From Patescibacteria group bacterium (GTDB lineage Bacteria; Patescibacteriota; Patescibacteriia; UBA1558; GWA2-36-10): DNA of 64,000 nt. The translations under genes and the position numbers were made by a program. How positions within the stretch are numbered: position 1 is the first letter of the stretch; the number at the start of each line of letters is the position of its first letter. The DNA is taken from positions 817,469 to 881,468 of the forward strand of contig JAHJQF010000001.1 in assembly GCA_018819405.1 (NCBI GenBank). The letters are read 5' to 3'. The notes under the pieces were generated by a model. The model ran no database searches. It was given only the letters and a program-made list of their open reading frames with translations, and had not been told where the DNA came from. Shown here piece by piece: positions 1 to 10,300 of this stretch.

Positions 1-483
1 TAAATGATCAGAAGAGGCCTTGCTGGCTGAATAGGGACTGCGCGGATCATACTTGGTATTTTCAGAAAATTTTTCCTGATTATCTTTGAGCTCACCAAAT
101 ACCTCATCAGTAGAAACATGATGAAAGCGAATATTATTTTCCTTGGCAACTTTAAGCAGGGTATGAGTACCCAATACATTGGTAATAATAAATGGATCTG
201 GGCCGGTGATAGAATTGTCTACGTGGCTTTCAGCGGCAAAATTTATTATCAAGTCTACACTATCCTCTCTGGCTATTTTAGAAACTAAATCATAATCTCC
301 GATATCTCCTTTTACAAATTTGTAATTTGGATTATTTTCCAATGATTTTAAATTGGCCAAATTTCCGGCATAAGTCAAAACATCCAAATTAATTATTTTG
401 TAATCTGGATATTTTTTTATAATATAGTGTATGAAGTTGGAACCAATAAACCCCGCACCACCTGTCACCAAAATATTTTTCAT
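1..483 (-). CDS. rfbB: dTDP-glucose 4,6-dehydratase, N-terminal part (runs off window)
   Basis: Manual translation from ATG at 483: MKNILVTGGAGFIGSNF..LDVLTYAGNL..HVDNSI..HVSTDEVFG..SPYSASKA; these are typical RmlB motifs. Not in the ORF track. Confidence 0.93.
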   Translation of the reverse strand, partial: MKNILVTGGAGFIGSNFIHYIIKKYPDYKIINLDVLTYAGNLANLKSLENNPNYKFVKGDIGDYDLVSKIAREDSVDLIINFAAESHVDNSITGPDPFIITNVLGTHTLLKVAKENNIRFHHVSTDEVFGELKDNQEKFSENTKYDPRSPYSASKASSDHL

Positions 484-565
484 AATTTTATCGTAATTTT
501 TATAGTTTTGTAACACATTTTTAAAAATAAATTTATTTTATAATAGGTTGCAATCTAAAAATTTT

Positions 566-596
566 GGATTGCCGCGCCCTTCGGGCTCGCAATGAC
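566..596. repeat. REP-like GTCA/TGAC-tagged palindrome (solo right half)
   Basis: GGATTGCCGCGCCCTTCGGGCTCGCAATGAC, a GC-rich hairpin ending in ATGAC; a GCAATCT remnant lies at 550-556. Confidence 0.7.
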
Positions 597-600
597 GTTT

Positions 601-1005
601 TTAATTAATCTTAATTTTTTCTAATACTTCAGCTGCTTTGCCTTCTGGATATGGCTCCTGTGGCCACATCTTGATGCCGTCGTTTTCATGTCGTGGCACA
701 ACGTGAAAATGAATATGGGGAATCAATTGTCCAGCCACTGGATCATTATTTTCACAAACATTATAACCTTCAACTTCTAAACCATTTTTGATAGCCTGTC
801 CCACTTTTTTTACCGTAATTATCAATTGTTGTAATTCATTGGTTGGGATTTCTTCCAAATTGGCGTAGTGTTGTTTAGACACCACCAAAGTGTGCCCATG
901 ATTTACCGGACTAATATCTAAAAAAGCCATAGTAGTCTCATCTTCGTAAACTTTGTAACTAGGTATTTCTCCTTTGATAATTTTGCAAAAAATACAATCT
1001 TCCAT
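601..1005 (-). CDS. HIT family nucleotide hydrolase
   Basis: DCIFCKII start and HIHFHVV histidine triad. Start moved to ATG 1005 because the upstream ATG lies inside a repeat. Confidence 0.92.
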   Translation of the reverse strand: MEDCIFCKIIKGEIPSYKVYEDETTMAFLDISPVNHGHTLVVSKQHYANLEEIPTNELQQLIITVKKVGQAIKNGLEVEGYNVCENNDPVAGQLIPHIHFHVVPRHENDGIKMWPQEPYPEGKAAEVLEKIKIN

Positions 1006-1018
1006 AACATTACAGCTA

Positions 1019-1048
1019 GTCATTCCCGCGAAAGCGGGAATCTAGCAA
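1019..1048. repeat. REP-like palindrome, left flank of GIY-YIG gene
   Basis: GTCATTCCCGCGAAAGCGGGAATCTAGCAA hairpin, inverted relative to 1362-1394. Confidence 0.8.
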
Positions 1049-1055
1049 TTAAAAA

Positions 1056-1352
1056 TTAAATTATACGATAATAAAGATCGTCCCAATATGGATTTTCTTT
1101 TTCTATAAGCTCCAACTTCCACTTTCTATTCCATTTTTTAAGTTGTTTTTCTCTCATTATAGCCAAAGTTATATCATATATTATTTCATAATAAACTAAC
1201 TTGTGTATTCCATACCTTTTTGTAAATCCGTCGTGTAGCTTATTTTTATGCTCAAATACGCGCCTAACTATATCATTGGTAACGCCTATATATAATGTAC
1301 CATTTCTTTTATTTGCTAAAATATAAATATAATACTCTTTGTACATAATCAC
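1056..1352 (-). CDS. Stand-alone GIY-YIG nuclease family protein
   Basis: YYIYIL..GTLYIGVTNDIVRRVFEHK..REKQLKKWNRKWK. Confidence 0.93.
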   Translation of the reverse strand: MIMYKEYYIYILANKRNGTLYIGVTNDIVRRVFEHKNKLHDGFTKRYGIHKLVYYEIIYDITLAIMREKQLKKWNRKWKLELIEKENPYWDDLYYRII

Positions 1353-1361
1353 TTTCCTTCT

Positions 1362-1394
1362 TTGCTGGATTCCCGGGTCAAGCCCGAGAATGAC
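1362..1394. repeat. REP-like palindrome, right flank of GIY-YIG gene
   Basis: TTGCTGGATTCCCGGGTCAAGCCCGAGAATGAC; its reverse complement begins GTCATTC and ends GGGAATCCAGCAA, like the left flank. Confidence 0.8.
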
Positions 1395-1397
1395 GAA

Positions 1398-3026
1398 TTA
1401 TGGCATCTTTTGTACTTTATATAAGATAAAATTATCCCATATTTGGCTAGGCTCTGCTAAATCTAAGTTTAGCTCATTGGCTGCTTGCCGGTCAACTTGA
1501 ATTTTTTCCTCACTCTCATTGCTATAATAATAAACTGGCACTACATCTACAATATTTTTGACCCTCTCCCACAAAGGCAAATCACCCTGAAAAGCTATCA
1601 CTCTATATTTTGGGAAAAATACTTTATCAGATCTCTCTGAAATAATAACAGCATCATCCTCCACTAGAGAACTCACTCTCTCATATTGAGCATAATAATT
1701 ATTTAAGGTCTTACGATTTTCCAAGAGCCCATCATGCTCAGACATAAACGCCAACTTGAGAGATGAAACTACAATAATACTAACTACTACATAAGAGGCT
1801 ATCTTGTTTGTTGTACTACTACCCATAAACAATTCTTTGATAGCTAAAGCTACCAAAGGAAGTATCCAGATATATAAAGGCATAAAATATCTGACATAAG
1901 AAATAGAAATTGTGTTTAGCTCTTTGACCAATGGATCTGCCAAATTCCAAGAAGCATAATAAAGAAGTATTAAAATAAAAATAAAAGGACTAATCAATAA
2001 ATATTTTTTCCAGGCCAATGATCTTTTTTTGTACTTGCTGATCAAAAGTACAAATCCAGCTACCGCCAATACAAAATGTGGCAGTATTATATCAATATAA
2101 TACTTATAAAAATTCTTTAATATCAAAACAAAATTAAAACCAAAAGGAGCAATCAATAATTTTATATAAGAAAAAATACCCCTTGATTGAAGCTGTATCT
2201 CAGAATCAACCTGACCGGACTGTAAATTGAGATAACCAAATGTAAAATAGCCACCATAAGTAGCTTTATTAAGTGAAAAAAATCCAAATAAGACTGCCAC
2301 TAGTACCAAAAGACCAAAAACAATTTTTTTGGCACTCAAAATATCACGCTTAATATACAAAACAAATAAACTAATAAGAGCTAGCCAAACTACTTCGGTT
2401 GGCCTGACGACAACTGCCAAAGATAATAGAAAACTACCCAGTATCCACCATAGTTCGTGCTTGGACTTAAAACTTTTTACTATTGCCCACCAACCGCCAA
2501 GTACAAGAAATACAAACATGACCGTCGGCACCATGACAACATTGGCAAAAAATACCCATGGGGCTAAAGACAAAAATAATAATGTGCTAATAAAAGCAAT
2601 GTCCAAGTCTTTGAATAAATACAGTACTAATCTATAAACTAGCCAAGCGCTAAACATAGCCATCAAAGGAGTAATAAATAATACTCCATAAGCTCCTAAT
2701 ATTTTATAAAACAAGGAAAAAACCACTATGGATGGCAAAAAAGCCATCGGCACCAAAGAGCCCTCTAGTACATTGACACTTCTAGCGTGTAATAGATTAT
2801 TAGTTATTAGATTGAGCGGCTCATAGACAAATAGTAAACGGGTATTAGCATAGCTAGAAGCAAAAAAATGGTTGGCTGTTGCATCAGGCCAGTTAAAAAT
2901 CAAATGCTCAAATTGCATCCATTTGGGCCACCAAACAGTAATATTATTAAAATTATATATAATCAAAAATATCACTGATAAAAAAACCAGTAAAAATTGA
3001 TATCTTTGTTCTTTAGTTAGTTCCAC
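1398..3026 (-). CDS. Polytopic membrane protein, probable GT-C (PMT/ArnT-like) glycosyltransferase
   Basis: Many TM segments, N-terminal loop WPD, RP after a TM helix, YVRYFMP motif; lies in a glycan operon. Confidence 0.6.
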   Translation of the reverse strand: MELTKEQRYQFLLVFLSVIFLIIYNFNNITVWWPKWMQFEHLIFNWPDATANHFFASSYANTRLLFVYEPLNLITNNLLHARSVNVLEGSLVPMAFLPSIVVFSLFYKILGAYGVLFITPLMAMFSAWLVYRLVLYLFKDLDIAFISTLLFLSLAPWVFFANVVMVPTVMFVFLVLGGWWAIVKSFKSKHELWWILGSFLLSLAVVVRPTEVVWLALISLFVLYIKRDILSAKKIVFGLLVLVAVLFGFFSLNKATYGGYFTFGYLNLQSGQVDSEIQLQSRGIFSYIKLLIAPFGFNFVLILKNFYKYYIDIILPHFVLAVAGFVLLISKYKKRSLAWKKYLLISPFIFILILLYYASWNLADPLVKELNTISISYVRYFMPLYIWILPLVALAIKELFMGSSTTNKIASYVVVSIIVVSSLKLAFMSEHDGLLENRKTLNNYYAQYERVSSLVEDDAVIISERSDKVFFPKYRVIAFQGDLPLWERVKNIVDVVPVYYYSNESEEKIQVDRQAANELNLDLAEPSQIWDNFILYKVQKMP

Positions 3027-3046
3027 TACGTTAGAAATTTAATTTA

Positions 3047-4273
3047 TTAATGAGGTCTATTGATAAGTTCTAAAATTTTATTAATATAATTTTCTAAATT
3101 ATGTTGTTTTACACTAATCCGACAATTATCAGCCATTTTGGCAATTTTTTCTCTCTGCTTATAAAGGCCGACTATTTTTTTATTTAAAATATCAAAATCT
3201 CCCGCCGGAAAAGACCAGCCATTTATATTTTCTACTATCAGTTCACTAGCTCCGCCAATGTCCGATGCAATCACTGGCATACCCATAGATAGTGATTCGT
3301 AAATAACAGTTGGGGAATTTTCATAGCAAAGAGATGGCACCAGCATCACATCCATAGATGACAAAAGGGGCAATAATTTGTGATTGGGTAGCCAACCATG
3401 AAAAATAATTCTTTTATCATCTTTGGCTTTATGTTTTGCTCTGGGTAGATCTTCCCCTACTCCGACAATATGCAGGCGCATGTGTGGCAATTTTATTTTT
3501 ATAAAAGAGTCAATCAAATCCAATACTCCTTTGGCACGATGAATCTGACCCAGATATACCAATTCCAAATTTGGCGTTGGTGTCTTGGGCATTTTCATAA
3601 GTGAACGAATAGGGTTGGGAATAACTGCTTTTTTTGAATGCTTAAAAAACCCATTTTTAGTATAAAAATCCATCAAAAATTTGGAAGGAGAAACTACCAC
3701 ATCAGGGCTACCCATCAACTTTCTCATCAAAGCTACATAACCAATATATCGAAAAAAACGATGGCTAAAGGCATTTTCTTTGCCCTTGATAATCAAACCA
3801 GAGGGTGTGACTAGCTGTACATCATGGACAGTATGAAGATGTTTTATTTTTAAATTCCTAATAAGCATTGGTACCAAAAAACCAATACCCATCAGATTGT
3901 GAGTAATCACCACATCCGGCTTTTCTTTTAACAAAATCTTTTTTATTTTGAAATAAGAAAAAATATTGAAGATATCAAAAATATGCCAAAACAAACGTAA
4001 GAAAGATGGAAACTTAAAATCATCTAAATAATAATAAAGATTAACTGGATTGAAACGATAGACATCAACCTCTTCAAAAGTATCGACACTGGTTGTCCAA
4101 AGTCCCGTGCGAAAAATATGAGCGCCAATAAACTTTACTTTAGCTGGTCGAGTAGAAATTGCAAAGACATGCTGCCATGATTTTTTGAGCCCCTGAGCCT
4201 CCATAGCAGCCACTATCTCTGCCCCACCACGCACAAATGGCGGATATAAATTTGATATTACAGCAATTTTCAT
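3047..4273 (-). CDS. GT4 glycosyltransferase
   Basis: YPPFVRGGAE; PSLCYENSPTVIYES (EX7E); ASDIGG. Confidence 0.9.
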   Translation of the reverse strand: MKIAVISNLYPPFVRGGAEIVAAMEAQGLKKSWQHVFAISTRPAKVKFIGAHIFRTGLWTTSVDTFEEVDVYRFNPVNLYYYLDDFKFPSFLRLFWHIFDIFNIFSYFKIKKILLKEKPDVVITHNLMGIGFLVPMLIRNLKIKHLHTVHDVQLVTPSGLIIKGKENAFSHRFFRYIGYVALMRKLMGSPDVVVSPSKFLMDFYTKNGFFKHSKKAVIPNPIRSLMKMPKTPTPNLELVYLGQIHRAKGVLDLIDSFIKIKLPHMRLHIVGVGEDLPRAKHKAKDDKRIIFHGWLPNHKLLPLLSSMDVMLVPSLCYENSPTVIYESLSMGMPVIASDIGGASELIVENINGWSFPAGDFDILNKKIVGLYKQREKIAKMADNCRISVKQHNLENYINKILELINRPH

Positions 4274-5413
4274 TTAAATACTTCTTATAATATTATCCAA
4301 TTTATAGCCTATCTTTTCCCAAGTATATTGACGCAATACTTTTTCGCGACCAGCCTTACCATAGGCCTTGGCTTCTTTGGGATTTCTTAAAAGATAATCA
4401 ATCATAGAAGCCAGATTATCTACATTACCTGGTTTGATCAAAAGACCAGTCTTTCTTTTATCTACTACCGATCTGACTCCCGGCAAATCAGAAGCAATAA
4501 CCGGCACACCTGATGACATGGCTTCAAGAGATACTATACCAAAGGCTTCTGATCTATCAATAGACGGCAAGACAAAAATATCAGCCACACTATAAAACTT
4601 TGGCAAAAAATCATCTGGCACAAAACCAGTAAAAATAATCTTTTTGGACAAGCCCAGACTATCTACCATGCTCTCATAAGTAGAGCGCAAATTACCATCA
4701 CCAATAATTAATAACCTAAAATCATCACTACTGGCTATCTTGTTGATAGCCTGAATAAGCACATTTATGCCCTTAAAATAATGGGCTTTATCTAAGGCTC
4801 CGACAAACATTATTATTTTTTTGTCGTGCAAACCGTATTTATCTATTACTCCTTTATCTCTGATACGAGGCTTAAATAGAAGATGATTAACTCCACATGG
4901 TATTTCTACGAATTTTTCCGGCTCGGCCTGTAGACGCTCTTTCAAGCTGGAATTTTTGGCATAATCAAAAGAAGTAACAATAATCTTGTCAGCTGAATCC
5001 AAAATTCTTGGCGTGACATTATTGGTGTGCCAATTAAAAAACTTCGACAACAGCCCCCTGCCCTGAACATCCATATGATAAGTAACCAGTAAGCGCAGAT
5101 CCTTTATCTTATCCAAAAAATATATTATCTCTGCCCCACCAAAAAAAGGATAATGCAGATGAATAATATCATAAGCAGACAGCTTATAAAAAAGCTGGGG
5201 CAGGATACCGGCATTACCATATTTGAACCACGGCCTTAATCTCTGCACCTCAAAAGGATATTCATCACGATACGGAGTATTGATCTTGTAAAGAGGTGTA
5301 AAAACTGTGACATCATGACCAAGCGTACTAAGAGACCAAGCATTGTAGTAAGCAACATTGCCCATACCGGCCTTATATGGAGGAAAAGTAGATGTAACTT
5401 CTGCTATTTTCAT
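4274..5413 (-). CDS. GT4 glycosyltransferase
   Basis: PSIDRSEAFGIVSLEAMSSGVPVIASDLPG. Confidence 0.92.
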   Translation of the reverse strand: MKIAEVTSTFPPYKAGMGNVAYYNAWSLSTLGHDVTVFTPLYKINTPYRDEYPFEVQRLRPWFKYGNAGILPQLFYKLSAYDIIHLHYPFFGGAEIIYFLDKIKDLRLLVTYHMDVQGRGLLSKFFNWHTNNVTPRILDSADKIIVTSFDYAKNSSLKERLQAEPEKFVEIPCGVNHLLFKPRIRDKGVIDKYGLHDKKIIMFVGALDKAHYFKGINVLIQAINKIASSDDFRLLIIGDGNLRSTYESMVDSLGLSKKIIFTGFVPDDFLPKFYSVADIFVLPSIDRSEAFGIVSLEAMSSGVPVIASDLPGVRSVVDKRKTGLLIKPGNVDNLASMIDYLLRNPKEAKAYGKAGREKVLRQYTWEKIGYKLDNIIRSI

Positions 5414-5519
5414 CCCGTTATAAATTTATTTTGTTAATTTCTTTATATTTATTATTCATATTGTTTATTTGAAAATTATTTTTATTTTACTAAAAATTAA
5501 ATTTATTTAACGCGATGAA
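5409..5519. repeat. AT-rich inverted-repeat element (CCCGTTA family) overlapping a start codon
   Basis: TTCATCCCGTTA (5409-5420) and TAACGCGATGAA (5508-5519) form an imperfect terminal IR spanning the whole intergenic gap. Confidence 0.65.
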
Positions 5520-5520
5520 T

Positions 5521-6579
5521 TTACCAAAAAATAAATATTTTTATCAACTGCCAATAAATAAAAAATAAAACATTGGCCGTTTTAAGAGCCAGCGAATTGA
5601 GTGGCTGAAATAAAATCAATCCAGTAAACTTTGAAATTACTTGACGATCAGATCGAGTTCTTTTGGACTGTATATATTTTCTTTTGGTGGCTAGCATTTT
5701 CATATCACTGACTGAAAATAAAAATGAATACGCTTTTATTTTATCTTTTGTTCTTCTGTTTATCATGGCTAGCATCAATTGCCCAAATTCCATAATCAAC
5801 CAGGCTGGGAAAATAATTATCAAAGTGGCTATTTTATAATTTTTTAGCATTACCCAAAGACGATTTCTTTCAAAATAATAAAAATGCTTCATGCCTCTTT
5901 TGAATTCATACTTATGATAAATAACACTCTCTGGAATAAGATAATTATCATAACCCAACATAGACAAACTCCAACCCAAATCCAAATCCTCTAAATACAT
6001 AAACATAGTCTCATCAAACAAATATCCTAACTCTGCCAAAGCAGCCATAGACAAAAATTCACCAGCTCCGGAGGAATAATTTATTTTTTTTATTTTGTGA
6101 TCATTGCGATCAATTTTGCCGGATTCTGTACCATAACCAAATCCCAAAAAATGTATAGCATTACCCACCGTATTAATCCTATCCTTTTTGGACCATAATC
6201 TAAGTTTTGACTGCAGAGAACCAAATTTGTTTTGCTTGGCAAATTTATAAAGCGGCTCCAAAAAACCTGGACTGACTACAGTGTCCTGGTTCAAAAGATA
6301 TATATAATCCGCTCCTCTAGTCTTGGCCCAATCATAACCAATATTATTACCTCCGACAAAACCTGTATTTTCTTTATTAACAATAATATCAACACTGGGG
6401 AAATTATTTTTTATAAATTCTACTGAATCATCACTAGAATTATTATCTACCACCAAAATCTCCACATCAAAATCATGGTACTTTTCTTGTACCAAAGGTG
6501 GCATAAGGGCCGGTAGGTACTCACGACCATTATAAGAAACTATTATAACAACAACTTTATCACGCAGCATTTTTACCAT
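5521..6579 (-). CDS. GT2 glycosyltransferase (rhamnosyltransferase WbbL-like)
   Basis: VVDNNSSD, GFVGGNN, LLNQD, FMYLEDLDL. Confidence 0.88.
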   Translation of the reverse strand: MVKMLRDKVVVIIVSYNGREYLPALMPPLVQEKYHDFDVEILVVDNNSSDDSVEFIKNNFPSVDIIVNKENTGFVGGNNIGYDWAKTRGADYIYLLNQDTVVSPGFLEPLYKFAKQNKFGSLQSKLRLWSKKDRINTVGNAIHFLGFGYGTESGKIDRNDHKIKKINYSSGAGEFLSMAALAELGYLFDETMFMYLEDLDLGWSLSMLGYDNYLIPESVIYHKYEFKRGMKHFYYFERNRLWVMLKNYKIATLIIIFPAWLIMEFGQLMLAMINRRTKDKIKAYSFLFSVSDMKMLATKRKYIQSKRTRSDRQVISKFTGLILFQPLNSLALKTANVLFFIYWQLIKIFIFW

Positions 6580-6627
6580 ATATTAACTTTTACCCACACG
6601 ACATCCATAAATAAAATAGTACGGGAT

Positions 6628-6960
6628 TTATCTTTTTTCAGCATTTTTTATGGCGTCCTCTCTGACGGCTTTAGTAATTTCATTTTCAATTTTATTCAAT
6701 CGTACAAAAATTCTAAAGAGCATATAAAATATTACAACAATTGATATATAAACAACCAAATCTGCCCCTCTGCCTATACCCAAAACATTGGCCAAATAAG
6801 TAGTGGTATCAGGCTGCCAAAAAACGACTAATACTGCCAGCCAGAGCAAAAACCAAATAATAAAAGAAAAAAGTGATATTTTATTTTTTTGCTTTTGCAC
6901 AAAAAGCTTAAACAAAATAACCAAGACAAATAAAGTAATTATGATTTGTAAGTAAATCAT
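6628..6960 (-). CDS. DUF2304-like small membrane protein
   Basis: Three TM segments, LGIGRGADLV motif, coupled to a DPM1-like GT2. Confidence 0.8.
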   Translation of the reverse strand: MIYLQIIITLFVLVILFKLFVQKQKNKISLFSFIIWFLLWLAVLVVFWQPDTTTYLANVLGIGRGADLVVYISIVVIFYMLFRIFVRLNKIENEITKAVREDAIKNAEKR

Positions 6961-7628
6961 TTGCTTATTTTACTAAATAATAAATCTTTTATAATTCTCA
7001 CCCCACCACCTAATCCTTGACCAAAGTCACGGTAAATCACAGTAACTGGTATCTCTCTGATACGCATACGATAAGCAAAAGACTTGGCGATAATTTCTGA
7101 GCAATGAGCATATTCGTCATTTTCTATCCTGATCTTCTGGGCAGTTGATTTGGTCATGGCTCGAAAACCATTTTGAGGATCAGATGATTTTACTCCCAAA
7201 AGGATTCTATTTACCAGTCTAGCCATTGGCATATAGATTTTCTCTTTGAGCCATGGCATCTGTGACTTTTTACCTAAAAATCTAGAGCCAAACACAATAT
7301 CAGCTTGGCCGCCCAATAATGGATCAATTATATCTTTTATCTCTTCAGCCAAAAACTGACCATCACCATCGAAATGCACTATAATATCTGCTCCATTTCT
7401 GATGGCATATTGATTACCGGTTTCTAGGGCTGCCCCTTGTCCACGGTTTATTTTGTGCTTCAAAATATCTACTTTGTAATTTCTGACTATATCCAAAGTC
7501 TCATCTGTAGAGCCATCATCAACTACCACCAATTTATAAGGCAAAGCAGACAGGTCACTTAACACCTGTCCGATTCTTTTGGCTTCATTCCAAGTTGGTA
7601 TAATGACAAAAATATTCACCCAATTCAA
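6957..7628 (-). CDS. GT2, polyprenol-phosphate glycosyltransferase (DPM1-like)
   Basis: VVDDGSTD, NRGQGAA, DGDGQ, GSRF, DPQNGFR. Confidence 0.9.
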   Translation of the reverse strand: MNWVNIFVIIPTWNEAKRIGQVLSDLSALPYKLVVVDDGSTDETLDIVRNYKVDILKHKINRGQGAALETGNQYAIRNGADIIVHFDGDGQFLAEEIKDIIDPLLGGQADIVFGSRFLGKKSQMPWLKEKIYMPMARLVNRILLGVKSSDPQNGFRAMTKSTAQKIRIENDEYAHCSEIIAKSFAYRMRIREIPVTVIYRDFGQGLGGGVRIIKDLLFSKISK

Positions 7629-7634
7629 AATTAA

Positions 7635-8546
7635 TTATCTTTTTTCTTTAAACCAACGATAGGTTATTTCTAATCCTTGATGCAAATCATAATTGGGCTG
7701 CCAGCTTATCTCTCGACTAGCCTTGGAATAATCCAAGCAACTCCTTCTCACCTCGCCCACTACCGGATCACTGTGTTTGACCGACACTTTTTCTTTGGCA
7801 ATATTAGAAATAGTATCCACCAAATTCAGAATAGAAGTTTCTTGGCCGGTACCAATATTATAAATGCCTGTGACATTTTGATTTACCTTGAGCAAAGCAT
7901 CTACGGCATCAGCTACATACATAAAATCTCTGGTTTGCTCTCCATCACCGAAAATATTCAAATCTTTTCCTTTGATAGCATTATCCAAAAATATAGCTAT
8001 CACTCCGGCTTCACCATATGGATCTTGCCTTGGTCCGTAAATATTTGACAGCCTAACTGCTGACCACTTTATTTTTTCCTGACCTAAAATAGCCAGATAT
8101 TTTTCAAAAGTCAGTTTATTTAATATATATGGAGAAAGAGCCTGTTCTGGCCCAGTTTCAGTGGTAGGCAACTGATCAGTGTCACCATATATACCACAGG
8201 TTGAGACAAAGACAAAATGTTTTACTTTGTGCTTTATTGCTTGATCCAAAATATTTAGAGAGCCCAATATATTGATGCTGGCATCAAGCATTGGATTTTC
8301 CAAAGAAGTACGCACATTTTTTTGAGCAGCCAGATGATATATTATATCTGGCATAAAATCAGCTACAATATTACCCAATTTTTCATCCCGTACATCAAAC
8401 TGGACAAATCTAGCGTGTGGATTTATATATTCTTTTTTGCCAGTACTCAAATCATCCACCACCAATACCTGATGTTCGTCTTTAACCAAACTATCTACCA
8501 AATGTGAGCCAATAAACCCCGCACCGCCTGTGACCAATATTTTCAT
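7635..8546 (-). CDS. NAD-dependent epimerase (UDP-glucose 4-epimerase-like)
   Basis: TGGAGFIGSH, YxxxK (YILNK), YGPRQDPYGEAGV. Confidence 0.88.
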   Translation of the reverse strand: MKILVTGGAGFIGSHLVDSLVKDEHQVLVVDDLSTGKKEYINPHARFVQFDVRDEKLGNIVADFMPDIIYHLAAQKNVRTSLENPMLDASINILGSLNILDQAIKHKVKHFVFVSTCGIYGDTDQLPTTETGPEQALSPYILNKLTFEKYLAILGQEKIKWSAVRLSNIYGPRQDPYGEAGVIAIFLDNAIKGKDLNIFGDGEQTRDFMYVADAVDALLKVNQNVTGIYNIGTGQETSILNLVDTISNIAKEKVSVKHSDPVVGEVRRSCLDYSKASREISWQPNYDLHQGLEITYRWFKEKR

Positions 8547-8556
8547 AAATTTTTAA

Positions 8557-9588
8557 TTATTCTTCTATTTTTCCTTCAAATACAGGGCGATGCAAAAATG
8601 CCGTAGCCTTGTAATAATCAATAGCTTCTTTGAGCCCGTCTTCTATTGATACCAGAGGAAACCAATTTAATTCTTCTTTGGCCTTACTAATATCTGGTAT
8701 AGCTGGCTGCATGGTATAGGCATATTTATTGGTATAAGTTATAGAAGAACTTGAGCCTACTAAATCAATAACTTTTTTGGCAACTTCTGTCATAGTGTAT
8801 TGTTGTTCGGTTCCTAAGTTTATTGGTTCAGATATTTCTGAGACCATCAAAGCAATGAGCCCCTCTACAATATCTTTGACATAACAAAAGCTAATAACCG
8901 AATTTTCATCACCGGCAATCTCTACATCTTTGTTGTCAACTGCACTCCTAATAAAATCCGGCACTTGACGACCGCTGTGTTGGAGCATCCTTGGTCCATA
9001 GGTGGAAAATATCCTAGCAATACTGGTATTTAGTTGGTAAACATCCCGATAAGTGACAACCAGTGTTTCGGCAAATCTCTTACCTTCATTATAGCAAGCA
9101 CGAGGACCCAAAAAATCTAGCAAACCATAATAGCTTTCTCTGACTGGTGTACCATCTTCGGGCGGCTTACCATAAACAGCTGAAGTGGAGGCTAATAAAT
9201 ATCTAGCCTTATATTTTCTGGCCATTTCTAAACTATTTACTACCACTACCGAATTGGCAATGGCTGTTTTGACAGGAAATTTTGTATAATCTTTCGGAGC
9301 AGTCGGACAAGCTAAATTGTAGATTTCCTGAAAACCCTGCACCTCGACTTTAAATTTGCCCAAACCAGGCTGAATAGAAAAATCTATTTGTTCTTCCAAA
9401 TCGTGTCTGATAAATTCGAAATTTGGGTATTCCAAAAGTGAACGTATATTTTCTACATCTGATGATATAAAATTATCCACGCAGACAACATTGTCTCCCC
9501 TTCTAACCAGCTCTTCACAAAGGTGCGATCCAATAAAACCGGCTCCACCCAAAACCAAAATGTTTTTATTTTCAATAAATGGTTTCAT
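8557..9588 (-). CDS. UDP-glucuronate decarboxylase-like SDR
   Basis: GGAGFIGSHLC, IYNLACP, GPRACYNEGKRFAETL, ARIFSTYGPRM. Confidence 0.85.
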   Translation of the reverse strand: MKPFIENKNILVLGGAGFIGSHLCEELVRRGDNVVCVDNFISSDVENIRSLLEYPNFEFIRHDLEEQIDFSIQPGLGKFKVEVQGFQEIYNLACPTAPKDYTKFPVKTAIANSVVVVNSLEMARKYKARYLLASTSAVYGKPPEDGTPVRESYYGLLDFLGPRACYNEGKRFAETLVVTYRDVYQLNTSIARIFSTYGPRMLQHSGRQVPDFIRSAVDNKDVEIAGDENSVISFCYVKDIVEGLIALMVSEISEPINLGTEQQYTMTEVAKKVIDLVGSSSSITYTNKYAYTMQPAIPDISKAKEELNWFPLVSIEDGLKEAIDYYKATAFLHRPVFEGKIEE

Positions 9589-9600
9589 AATATTTTTATC

Positions 9601-10299
9601 TTAATTGTATTTTCCAAACAAATTATTTAAATTAATTTTTATTATATCCATAAAAGTCTTGGGATAATCATGCCACTTCACCGTAGAATCAAAGTTATTT
9701 TCCCAAGTAATAGGCATTTCTTTTATTCTGAATTTATACTTTTTAGCTAAAAAAATCAACTCAAAGTCAAAGGAAAATCCTGAAATAGTCAGCTTTTCAA
9801 AAATAAACTTTAAATCTTTGCTAAAGAGCTTAAACCCACATTGGGTATCACCGATACTTTTGTGTATAAAAATCCGACTGACCAAATTGCCCAAACGCCC
9901 CAAAAATATCTTCAAAAAATTTTGTTTTATTTTTATATTAGAGTCTGCTAGGGCTCGAGAGGCAATCACCAAATCATATTCGGCTATTTGAGGCAAAAAA
10001 GAATCTAACTCTGATATTTGAGTGGAGTTGTCGGCATCCATAAACAGTATCAAATCTCCATGAGCTGCTTTTACTCCCTTGGCAACCGTATAACCCTTGC
10101 CGTGGTTCCTCAAATTTCTAATGATTCTAATCCCTTCAAAAGATTTTAAAATTTCCAAAGTACTATCACGAGAACAATCATCAACTACTATTATTTCAAA
10201 ACTAGAAAAATTTTTTTCCAAATAATCTTTGACTTGAGAAATGGTAAGTAAAATTACCTTGGCTTCGTTGTAAGCCGGTATAACTACACTGATTTTCAT
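9601..10299 (-). CDS. GT2, dolichyl-phosphate beta-glucosyltransferase-like
   Basis: IPAYNE, VDD, NHGKG, FMDAD, DTQCGFKLF, FDFE. Confidence 0.9.
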   Translation of the reverse strand: MKISVVIPAYNEAKVILLTISQVKDYLEKNFSSFEIIVVDDCSRDSTLEILKSFEGIRIIRNLRNHGKGYTVAKGVKAAHGDLILFMDADNSTQISELDSFLPQIAEYDLVIASRALADSNIKIKQNFLKIFLGRLGNLVSRIFIHKSIGDTQCGFKLFSKDLKFIFEKLTISGFSFDFELIFLAKKYKFRIKEMPITWENNFDSTVKWHDYPKTFMDIIKINLNNLFGKYN

Positions 10300-10300
10300 T

